Assembly: GCA_965208125.1 (NCBI GenBank)
Contig: OZ242320.1
Location: 1,056,001-1,120,000 of the forward strand
Direction of reading: 5' to 3'
Length of the DNA stretch: 64,000 nucleotides
DNA from: Candidatus Latescibacterota bacterium
Lineage (GTDB): Bacteria; Latescibacterota; UBA2968
Part shown: in pieces, positions 36,218 through 44,830 of the stretch
Numbering within the stretch: position 1 is the first letter of the stretch
Layout: each line of letters opens with the position of its first letter
Notes under the pieces: model-generated
Told to the model about the DNA's origin: nothing
Databases searched by the model: none
The model's input: only the letters and a program-made list of their open reading frames with translations
Translations under genes and position numbers: made by a program

Positions 36218-39200
36218 ATGAAGTACAAATTACGTCTGGCCTGTGTTCTGCTGGCACTATTTGGTTTCTGGCCCTCAGAGGGCATGGCCGGTACAGTAGG
36301 TAAAATCAACGGTACGATCATAGACGCCTCGGGCCAGCCGCTGCCGGGTGCCAACGTGCAGATAAAAGGCACGCAACGCGGCGCAACAGCCGATTCAGAA
36401 GGCTATTTTCTGATCCTGTCAGTCGAGCCGGGGACATACGAATTGGAAGCATCTCTGGTGGGATATAATGCAGAGATCTTACAAAATATTGCGGTGCGGG
36501 CGGACCTGACGACCACCGTGGAGTTCAAACTTCGGGAAGCCGCTGTCGAACTGGGTGAATTGGTAGTGATAGCCGAGCGTCCTCCCGTAGAAGTAGATAA
36601 GACCGTGACGCGGTACGTGGTGAGCACCGAGGATGTGGAAAATGTACCACTGGCGCGTTCTACAGCCGAAGTCATTATGCTCCAGCCCGGTGTCTCGCTG
36701 GATGGCAACCTGCGAATTCGCGCGAGCCGGGTCGGCGGGCGGCGCGGCAACAACGAGGTCATGGTTGAAATCGATGGCATTCGGCTGGCGAATAACGACG
36801 GCCTGGATAACATCACGATGTCGCAGGTCAACAGCGTGGCCCGGAGCGCCATACAGGAAGTGTCGGTCTATAACGGCGGCATGAATGCCGAATACGGCAA
36901 TGCACAGGGCGGTGTCATCAGCCTGGTGAGCCGCGAAAATAAAGACCGGTATTCCGGGTTGGGCGAGTACCGCTTGACCCTGCCGGGGCTAAAGCACTGG
37001 GGTAGCAATGTCTATGACAGCCCCTTGCTGGAAGGCCGTCCCGATTACAGCGGTATTCATTCCGGGAAGCGCACCGATTACGACAAAAAACTCGGACATC
37101 TCTTTGAGGCCAATATCTCGGGTCCGATCACGCCAAATGTCGGATTCTTCGCGAGCGGCACCACCTCTCGAAGGGCGCCGGTATATCCCAATCCAACCAA
37201 CTCAGAGCCGAGTAATTTCAATTCCTCGGCCAATATCACATACCGCCCCTCGGGCAACATAAAGTTCAAGGCTGGTGGAACCTGGGTCTATCGAGACGTC
37301 TTCCACGACGGCGGTCGAGATATTAACACCGGCTTTGAAACCACCGATACACCGGCCGGCGGCATTCGCGGGATTGGGCAAACTGGCAATAATTTGTTCC
37401 TGTCCGACAATGGTGCGGGCAAAAACCCCAGGACCGACCAAGTCGTGTACGGGGTACTTACACACACGCTTTCGTCGAAGACATTTTACGATGTGCGAAT
37501 TTCCTATCAGCGCACAGCGCAAGATACGTCCGGTGTGCCGGCAGCGACCGAAGATGTGACGCGGGACGCGCAGGGATTTTTCCTGGACAGGGATATTCAC
37601 GCATTTCAGTACGCCCGTCGAACCCGCATGCTTTTGAAGGCCGACCTGAGCAGCCAGTTGCACAAAGGGCATTTTGCAAAGGCGGGATTTGAAATCATGC
37701 GCTACGACATCTACCAGCACGAAGAGCTTTTTGAGACCTCCCGCAACCGGGAAATCCGTCTGGTGGGCAAGGGCGACCCCATTATCGGGATGGAAGGCTT
37801 CAATCCGATCACCTATGCGGCTTATGTTCAGGACAAAATGGAGTTTGAGGGCCTGGTGGTCAACCTGGGCTTCCGCGCAGACCTTCTCGACCCGGGTGAA
37901 TCCTTTGGCCGCGCGATGGACCACCCGCTCTGGTTCCACTATAACTCGCTGACGCGCTGGCGAAATGTGCCGATTGAGGATGCACCCACGCAGAAGGCAC
38001 TCAGCCCCCGCATCGGAATTTCTCATCCGATTACAGACCGTTCCTTCATCCGGTTCTTCACAGGACAGTTCCACCAGTTTTTTGACATGCAGAACCTCTA
38101 CACGCGGCTGTTTTCGGCCTCGGGGCCAGATCGGGATGTGGATGGCGACGGGGTAATTGAACAGAATGAAATCATGAACGCGCTGACCTATCCGTTGGCC
38201 GCGGATTTCGGCAATGTCCATGTGAAGCCCGAAAAGACCACGCAGTTTGAAGTGGGTGTCGAGTGGAACTTTGCCGGACCGTACGTCATAGCCCTCACGG
38301 CTTTCTACAAAGATCAGGAGGGGAGGCAGGGCGACTCGGACAATTACGTCCACGATCCGTTTCGGGGGAAAAACTCGTCGTATGACCACGGACAGTGGAA
38401 CCGGCGGTTTTCCACCTCGCGCGGGTTCGAGTTGTCGTTCTCAAAAAAATTCAAAGATATGTTCGCATTCAACGTGGCCTACAATTTGAACTGGGCCAAG
38501 TCTCACCAGGGCGGAAGACGTGCCCAGGACTGGACTTATGTGGCGACGGGTGAATTTGTGAACAGCGACCTGTACTATGCCGGTGTGACATTTGATAATA
38601 CCGGACAGGAATTTCCTCGGGTACCCACTGCCGAAGAACGGGCGACGCTGGCTGCGCTGGCAGACGATATCGCCCGGGGCTACAAGAAATTGGCAGACGA
38701 CAAGGTGCCCAAGTTCAGCGGGTTCTGGGAACAGCCAGTGGTGATTGTGCCCGGACTCTATGCATTCAATGTTGGCTCCTACAGCATCCCGAGCCTGGAT
38801 GGCGGCCTGGACCGGCGCAATTTTGCCAGTATTCAACTCCTCTTTTCTTCGCCGCCAGATTACCACATCAAACCACTATCTGGCCTGCGGACAACATTGG
38901 TCTGGCAGATGCAGACCGGAAGCCCCTGGAACTACTCGCCTCCCGTTGGTCCCGCGCAGCGTCGAAACAGGCCGGTGACCACCGTGACCGACGTGAGTGC
39001 AGAAAAGGATTTCAACATCGGCGAGACCGCATTGGCAACCGCCTTTGTCGAAGTGCGCAATTTCTTCGGGCAACGGGATGACCTATCGACCGGTTTCCCC
39101 ACAATTCAGTACGGATTACTCCTGCCGACGCCGGGCGACAGTAAATTCGATCAATTTGGTGATATAAATGAACTGACGCGGTACAACGACGGTTTGGGAC

Positions 39201-39241
39201 GACCCCGGTCGATTGTGCTGGGTGCGCGGTTCAAGTTCTAA
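36218..39241 (+). CDS. TonB-dependent receptor with N-terminal carboxypeptidase-regulatory-like domain
   Basis: GKINGTIID...PLPGANV, GGMNAEYGNAQGGVI, YVQDKMEF, SPRIGISHP, C-terminal GARFKF. ATG 36218 with AAGGAG RBS. Confidence 0.9.
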   Translation: MKYKLRLACVLLALFGFWPSEGMAGTVGKINGTIIDASGQPLPGANVQIKGTQRGATADSEGYFLILSVEPGTYELEASLVGYNAEILQNIAVRADLTTTVEFKLREAAVELGELVVIAERPPVEVDKTVTRYVVSTEDVENVPLARSTAEVIMLQPGVSLDGNLRIRASRVGGRRGNNEVMVEIDGIRLANNDGLDNITMSQVNSVARSAIQEVSVYNGGMNAEYGNAQGGVISLVSRENKDRYSGLGEYRLTLPGLKHWGSNVYDSPLLEGRPDYSGIHSGKRTDYDKKLGHLFEANISGPITPNVGFFASGTTSRRAPVYPNPTNSEPSNFNSSANITYRPSGNIKFKAGGTWVYRDVFHDGGRDINTGFETTDTPAGGIRGIGQTGNNLFLSDNGAGKNPRTDQVVYGVLTHTLSSKTFYDVRISYQRTAQDTSGVPAATEDVTRDAQGFFLDRDIHAFQYARRTRMLLKADLSSQLHKGHFAKAGFEIMRYDIYQHEELFETSRNREIRLVGKGDPIIGMEGFNPITYAAYVQDKMEFEGLVVNLGFRADLLDPGESFGRAMDHPLWFHYNSLTRWRNVPIEDAPTQKALSPRIGISHPITDRSFIRFFTGQFHQFFDMQNLYTRLFSASGPDRDVDGDGVIEQNEIMNALTYPLAADFGNVHVKPEKTTQFEVGVEWNFAGPYVIALTAFYKDQEGRQGDSDNYVHDPFRGKNSSYDHGQWNRRFSTSRGFELSFSKKFKDMFAFNVAYNLNWAKSHQGGRRAQDWTYVATGEFVNSDLYYAGVTFDNTGQEFPRVPTAEERATLAALADDIARGYKKLADDKVPKFSGFWEQPVVIVPGLYAFNVGSYSIPSLDGGLDRRNFASIQLLFSSPPDYHIKPLSGLRTTLVWQMQTGSPWNYSPPVGPAQRRNRPVTTVTDVSAEKDFNIGETALATAFVEVRNFFGQRDDLSTGFPTIQYGLLLPTPGDSKFDQFGDINELTRYNDGLGRPRSIVLGARFKF

Positions 39242-39312
39242 TCACACTTAGTCGTTGGCGTGACCGCGCAATGCGTGTGCGGTCGCGCCAACAATCAGGA
39301 GGTGTATTCTCC

Positions 39313-41664
39313 ATGTTCAGTGATCACGTAAAAAAATGGATGGGACTTGGCCTGCTATCTGTGGTGCTGGTACTTGCCAACGCATTGCAATCCAAGGCAC
39401 AAGTTCCCTACTCAACGGCACGCCACATGACCCGCTCCCTCGTTTGGATCTCGTTTACAAACTGGGGCACCTCGGGCATGCATTATCATGTGACACCAGG
39501 TCGCGTGATGATGCGGATGTCCTACCCGGGCAATACTTATGCGCTGTATGCCCTGCTGGGGACAGAGGAGTTCGAAGAATACTGGGGCAGCAAGGGCTGG
39601 GGACACGCCGAGCAGAAAACAGAATCGAACATGCACTCGGCCGGCGAAGGCGTGCTGGTATTGACCAACGTTGACGGTGAAAAATTTGTCTCGGTAACAG
39701 GCCCGCGCACGCCCACCGAAGATGTCGAACCGCAAATTTACGATATTCAAAACCAGAAAGAGGCGACCTGGGGCGTCCAGACCACCGTACCTGACCGGGG
39801 CGTGAATCCCGGCATGATAAAGTCCAACTGGTGGAGCGGCGCATCGCCCCAAACAGTAGATCGCACACAGAGCCGTCCCTACGAGATCCACAACTTCGAT
39901 TACAGCATGTACCCACCCGTACAGACTGCGGGAGAAGAGATCCACATTTCTCAGTGGTCAACCAAACACGATGTGTGGGTCACGCGAAAAGCGCACTCCT
40001 ATAGCCATCAGGATTTTGACGATTTCTTTATCCTCGAACTCGAGTTCGAAAACCGCGGTAACAAGCAGTTAAACGATACGTATTTCGGGGTAATGAACAC
40101 ATTTTATGTCAACAACCACGGCACATCGTATCGCTGGGGGCACGAAGGTGGGTTGGTGCGGTATCGGCGCGCGCCGGGGGGAATGGACGACTGGTACAAA
40201 TATACCGAGTCGCCCAATTTTATGCCGAATCCCCTCAGTGGACTGTCCGCCTCTCAGTTCCAGGGAAAATTCATCAACTACCAGTGGGACGGAAATACCA
40301 ACGCCAGCTTTGAGGAAGATACGGGCGACCCGTATTACAGAGACCTCGAAAACGGCGGCGGCGACTTTCCAAACAGCACAGCACGGCCCGAAGGAACGCC
40401 AATTTCGCTGGCCTACCAGTTCATGGCTCCGCTGGCATTCCGCAACACTGGGGCGAGTCACACCTTCAATGCAGCAGACGCAGCACAGGGCTTTGTAGAT
40501 CCCCAGGGCGACCCGCTTTCGCACTGGTACACCGCGCACGCGCGGCGCAATATCGACGATCCCACGCGCGGATCGGTGAGCATGGCGGACCAATACGACA
40601 TCTTCACAGGGCCTAATACACCCGACCCGACGTCTGAACAGATGCAGTGGAGCGACCAGATCTGGGGACCTTACAACCTCGCGCCTGGCGATAAGGCCAA
40701 AGTAGTGTTGGTCTATGGATTCGGTTCAGCCGCAGATATGGCACCAAACACAGAAACCGGCTACCCGCACGATATGATTCAATGGTCGTTTAACTTTGGA
40801 AACGTGGGCGATGATGAACGGAAGCAAAGACTGGCCCGGGGCGAAGAGGCGATGCTTCGACACCTCGAGCATGCTCAATTTGTGTATAACGCCGGGTTCG
40901 ATGTTCCCGATTCCCCACCGGATGTGGAATTTTTCCAGACCAGCAACGCGCAGGCAAAGATCGTTCTGGAGTGGCCCAATACCGCTGATAATGCGATCCA
41001 CCCCGACTATGGCATGGCAGATGTTGCGGGCTACCGGGTTTACCGATCAATCTGGCAGGAAACCGGACCGTGGATCCTCAAGGCCGATATTCCCAAAGGA
41101 TCGGACAGCGGCGGGAAATACTCCTGGGTAGATGAAGAATCTCTGGCAGGATTTTCGTTTGGTTATAGCGTGAGAGCCTATGCCACGCCGAAGACCAACT
41201 GGTCCAACTCCACCGGAATGACCATCAACGATCTGCCCCCAACGGTTCGGGCGCACCTGGAGAACGGGCTGGAGGGCGGTTGGTCGGCCGCCGAGCAGCG
41301 CATGGTTGTGCCGGGAACGCCTATACTGGCGGCAAACGACGATGCAGACGCGCTGGCTAACCCCGTAACAGTGGTGCCCAATCCGTTTGATCTGAGCCTG
41401 GCGGAAGCCAACTATCAGGGATCGAAAAAACTGCGTTTCCTGGGCGTGCCCCGCAAGTCTCGGATTTCCATTTTTACCGTATCGGGCGACCTGATTCAGG
41501 TGATTGATCACGACGATCCCACCGCTGGCGAGGCAGCCTGGCTGCTGAAAGATCGCTTTTTGACCGGCGAGGCGACCTCGGCCCTTTATTTCTTCGTGGT
41601 CGAGTCTCTAATGCCAGCCAGCATGGGCCAAAAATCCAAAGGCGCATTTGTGATTCACCGGTAG
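39313..41664 (+). CDS. Secreted protein with FnIII-like segment and T9SS type-A-like C-terminal sorting domain
   Basis: Signal peptide from ATG 39313 (AGGAGG RBS), LEW...GYRVYRS...YSVRAY, then VPNPF...IFTVSGDLI...SALYFF...FVIHR. Confidence 0.75.
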   Translation: MFSDHVKKWMGLGLLSVVLVLANALQSKAQVPYSTARHMTRSLVWISFTNWGTSGMHYHVTPGRVMMRMSYPGNTYALYALLGTEEFEEYWGSKGWGHAEQKTESNMHSAGEGVLVLTNVDGEKFVSVTGPRTPTEDVEPQIYDIQNQKEATWGVQTTVPDRGVNPGMIKSNWWSGASPQTVDRTQSRPYEIHNFDYSMYPPVQTAGEEIHISQWSTKHDVWVTRKAHSYSHQDFDDFFILELEFENRGNKQLNDTYFGVMNTFYVNNHGTSYRWGHEGGLVRYRRAPGGMDDWYKYTESPNFMPNPLSGLSASQFQGKFINYQWDGNTNASFEEDTGDPYYRDLENGGGDFPNSTARPEGTPISLAYQFMAPLAFRNTGASHTFNAADAAQGFVDPQGDPLSHWYTAHARRNIDDPTRGSVSMADQYDIFTGPNTPDPTSEQMQWSDQIWGPYNLAPGDKAKVVLVYGFGSAADMAPNTETGYPHDMIQWSFNFGNVGDDERKQRLARGEEAMLRHLEHAQFVYNAGFDVPDSPPDVEFFQTSNAQAKIVLEWPNTADNAIHPDYGMADVAGYRVYRSIWQETGPWILKADIPKGSDSGGKYSWVDEESLAGFSFGYSVRAYATPKTNWSNSTGMTINDLPPTVRAHLENGLEGGWSAAEQRMVVPGTPILAANDDADALANPVTVVPNPFDLSLAEANYQGSKKLRFLGVPRKSRISIFTVSGDLIQVIDHDDPTAGEAAWLLKDRFLTGEATSALYFFVVESLMPASMGQKSKGAFVIHR

Positions 41665-41697
41665 TGGTTTTGGACCTCAAAAAAAGGATGAACAGCT

Positions 41698-42702
41698 ATG
41701 AAACGGATGTTGTTGAACCTCGGTCGATGTTGTACACCGCTTCTCGCAATTGCGTTTTTGGCGGTCTGGCAACCTGCAATCGGTCAGTCCTTATTTCCCG
41801 ATGCAGAGGATGATTTTCTGACCCTGGACGGTCGGAACAAGATCAAGCCATCGACATTCCAATTCTTAAAAGTCTCTACCAATGCCCGCGTGTCGGGCAT
41901 GGGAGATGCATTTACAGCCGTGGCCGACGGCATGGACGGCATTGTCTGGAATCCGGCCGGGACCACGAAAATCAAAAAATTCGGTTATGCATTTGGTTAT
42001 GCCAAATGGCTGGTTGAGTCCGCGTTTTACTCGGGTGCTGTTGTGTACAATACCGGCAGGTGGGGCGTGGTGGGGGTCTCTCTCGTGAACTTCCAACCGC
42101 CTACATTTATGGAAACCACCACGCTACAACCCGATGGCACGGGGCGAAACGTAACCGTAGGCGATATGGCCCTTGGTGCGACGTATGCCTACCAGTTGAC
42201 GGATAAGCTATCAGCCGGCGGCACCATTCGGTATATCCAGTCCAAACTGGCGGACGTTACGCTCAAGGCGGTTTCCATCAATGTGAACTCGCTGATGTAC
42301 ACCGGATTTCGGAGCTTGCGCCTGGGAATGAATCTGAAAAACCTGGGCGGCGAGCAGGAAATTGTGAGTGAGAAATCGGAGATGCCCCTTACCTTCCATT
42401 TGGGCGTAGCGATGGAGTTATACGGGAATCTGGGCGACCCATCTTCATTGACCGTGGCATTTGAAGGGGCGTATTTTACCGACCGGTTGCAGCGCTGGAA
42501 CCTCGGTGGCGAATTTTGGCTCGCCAACATAGTCGCGTTGCGGGCGGGATATAAATTCAAATACGACAACGAATCCTGGAGCGTTGGCGCTGGCCTGAAA
42601 GGGAATTTTTCAGGGCGCAACATCGGCCTGGATATTTCCTACAGCGACTTCGGCGACTTGTTCGACCCGCCTTTGCGCATCAGCCTTTCGGGTTCGTTTT
42701 AG
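41698..42702 (+). CDS. PorV/PorQ-family outer-membrane beta-barrel protein
   Basis: Signal peptide, FLKVSTNARVSGMGDAFTAVAD....WNPAG hallmark, C-terminal Phe. Confidence 0.82.
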   Translation: MKRMLLNLGRCCTPLLAIAFLAVWQPAIGQSLFPDAEDDFLTLDGRNKIKPSTFQFLKVSTNARVSGMGDAFTAVADGMDGIVWNPAGTTKIKKFGYAFGYAKWLVESAFYSGAVVYNTGRWGVVGVSLVNFQPPTFMETTTLQPDGTGRNVTVGDMALGATYAYQLTDKLSAGGTIRYIQSKLADVTLKAVSINVNSLMYTGFRSLRLGMNLKNLGGEQEIVSEKSEMPLTFHLGVAMELYGNLGDPSSLTVAFEGAYFTDRLQRWNLGGEFWLANIVALRAGYKFKYDNESWSVGAGLKGNFSGRNIGLDISYSDFGDLFDPPLRISLSGSF

Positions 42703-42743
42703 GAGGGCTTGAGCCGGTACGAACGCCAGCTTGCTGAATATAC

Positions 42744-42795
42744 GACTCCGCTCGAAACGGATGCCCGTCCGGCTTCGGGTGGAGTCTCATTTTTT
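42744..42795 (+). terminator. Long hairpin with T-tract between the PorV-like and DUF6785-like genes
   Basis: GACTCCGCTCGAA...TTCGGGTGGAGTC followed by TCATTTTTT. Confidence 0.55.
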
Positions 42796-42809
42796 GTCGT
42801 GGATTGGAA

Positions 42810-44792
42810 ATGATGGATTCAAAAGCGAAAACCACAACACCCGCGCCAGCAGAACGCGGCCTTACATTCCGCTCGGTGGGGTTGGGACTCGGAATCGTGG
42901 TTTTCATCAATTTGTGGGTCACGTATGCAGAAACGGTCGTGCATTCCTCCCGCCTGAATCTGAGCTATTTCCAACTCACGCTCATGGCCGTATTTCTCAT
43001 TCTGGTAGCCGTCGCCAACCCATTGCTCAAAATGTGCAACTCCCGGGTTGCATTTTCACCCTCCGAGTTGCTGGCGATCGTCGCCATTGGCATGGTCGGT
43101 TGCGTAGTACCCGCCTCTGGCATCACAGGCTTTTTAATCGGGGTGATCGCAACTCCGATCTACTTTTCCACCCCGGAAAATCGATGGGCAGAATTTTATC
43201 ATCCCCATCTAAATTCATGGGTGGTACCAACAGAGCCTGAAGCACTCCGGGCATTCTTTGAAGGACTGCCCCTGGGTGCATCAATTCCCTGGGGAGTTTG
43301 GGTCGCACCACTGGCGTGGTGGGCAACTTTTATTCTCGCGGTCTTCGCCCTGTCGGCCAGCACGATGGTGATTCTCCGCAAACAGTGGTCGGACAATGAG
43401 AAACTGGTCTATCCCCTTGTCGCGGTTCCGCTCGAAATGGCGCAAGATGCCGGGGCGAGAAAATTGATCCCCGAGTTCATGCGGGGGAAATTGTTCTGGA
43501 TTCCCGCAGTCATTGCTTTTGCATTGTTCTTTTGGAATACGATATCGTGGTCTTTTCCCCTTGTTCCGGCACTGAACATTTTTCCCAATGCGGGTGATTT
43601 TAGATTCACGCGGTACTCACCCGTAGTCGTCCTGGAGCCTCTCAATCTGTTCACCATCGGATTTGCGTATTTCGCCAACACGCAAGTATTGTTTTCAGTC
43701 TGGTTCTTTTTTTTATTACACGTCGTAGAAGGCGGCATTTTCAACCGCCTGGGATATCAGATCGAGAGATCAACCGATTCTTTCAGCGCAGACCCACCCA
43801 CAGAGGCGTGGCAGTGTTTCGGGGCGCTGGCGGCCATGGTAATATGGCGGCTGTGGGTAGCACGTCACCATTTGCGGGATGTATTTGCGAGAGCTTTTTC
43901 TTCCCAATATCGCGTGAATGACAGCGGCGAGGTCCTCTCCTACCGAACTTCCGTTTTCGCGCTTCTGTGCAGTCTGGCCTACGTAATTTTTTGGCTTCAT
44001 CAAGTTGGGATGGACCTCGCAACAGCAACAATCTATCTCGCAGCCGCCGGTGTCATTTATATCGGCCTGGCAAGGGTGGTTTGTGAAGCGGGAATCGTCT
44101 ATTCCGGGGCAACCATCACGCCACAAGCATTTGTTATGGATATGCGGGGTACCTATGCCATTTCAAATGCGAGCCTGACCGCAATCGCACTGTCCTATTC
44201 GCTGGTTGATTACATGCGCGGCCTGTTTGCGCCGGGCGTTGCCCATTCCGTGAAATTGGGCGATCTGATCCGCGGCAACCGGCGCGCGCTGCTCTTCTGG
44301 GTTGGCATTGGCGTGTTGCTCGGCCTGGCCGCATCGGTGCTTTACACGCTTTATCTGGGCTATTCGCACGGGGCATACAATTTCCCCAGATTCCCATTTT
44401 TTAGCGGCGATCCAAAGCGGGTATTTGCCTCTACCCTATCCCAAATGAGAACCCCCAAAGCGCCAGATCCGGCGAGAATGGTTTTCTTTGGCATTGGCGC
44501 TGTGTTGATGGCATTGTTGACATTCCTCAGATATCGCTTTCGCTGGTGGCAGATACATCCCATAGGATTGGCCCTCTCGTCGGCGGATAACACGGCCCAC
44601 TACGTGATGCCAATTTTTATCGCCTGGGGGTGCAAAACCATCATCATGACCGTCGGCGGTGTTCAGCTTTACCGCAAAGCAACACCCGTCTTTCTCGGGT
44701 TGCTTGTCGGCTATACAGCAGGGGTTGTATGGTCTTTTATCGTCGATGCAACGCTGTGGTCGGGACAGGGACACGAAGTTCACAACTGGTGA
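42810..44792 (+). CDS. DUF6785/DUF6784-like multi-pass inner-membrane protein (putative peptide transporter), copy 1
   Basis: Many TM helices, LRKQWSDNEKLVYPL, RVVCEAG, WW.IHPIG, LYRKA.PVFLGL.VG. Confidence 0.7.
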   Translation: MMDSKAKTTTPAPAERGLTFRSVGLGLGIVVFINLWVTYAETVVHSSRLNLSYFQLTLMAVFLILVAVANPLLKMCNSRVAFSPSELLAIVAIGMVGCVVPASGITGFLIGVIATPIYFSTPENRWAEFYHPHLNSWVVPTEPEALRAFFEGLPLGASIPWGVWVAPLAWWATFILAVFALSASTMVILRKQWSDNEKLVYPLVAVPLEMAQDAGARKLIPEFMRGKLFWIPAVIAFALFFWNTISWSFPLVPALNIFPNAGDFRFTRYSPVVVLEPLNLFTIGFAYFANTQVLFSVWFFFLLHVVEGGIFNRLGYQIERSTDSFSADPPTEAWQCFGALAAMVIWRLWVARHHLRDVFARAFSSQYRVNDSGEVLSYRTSVFALLCSLAYVIFWLHQVGMDLATATIYLAAAGVIYIGLARVVCEAGIVYSGATITPQAFVMDMRGTYAISNASLTAIALSYSLVDYMRGLFAPGVAHSVKLGDLIRGNRRALLFWVGIGVLLGLAASVLYTLYLGYSHGAYNFPRFPFFSGDPKRVFASTLSQMRTPKAPDPARMVFFGIGAVLMALLTFLRYRFRWWQIHPIGLALSSADNTAHYVMPIFIAWGCKTIIMTVGGVQLYRKATPVFLGLLVGYTAGVVWSFIVDATLWSGQGHEVHNW

Positions 44793-44830
44793 AAAAAGCG
44801 CTCACTTTCAAACTACGGCAGGTGATCACT

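Noticed and set aside
37202-38389. 395-aa minus-strand ORF
   Set aside because: Antisense shadow of the second receptor.
20839-42702. Calling the cluster a canonical T9SS or a SusC/SusD polysaccharide utilisation locus
   Set aside because: No sprA, gldKLMN, porU or SusD-like lipoprotein is recognisable in the window.
44630-44830. N-terminal extension of the GWxTD ORF in the track
   Set aside because: Overlaps the upstream membrane gene. The signal peptide and RBS point to ATG 44831.
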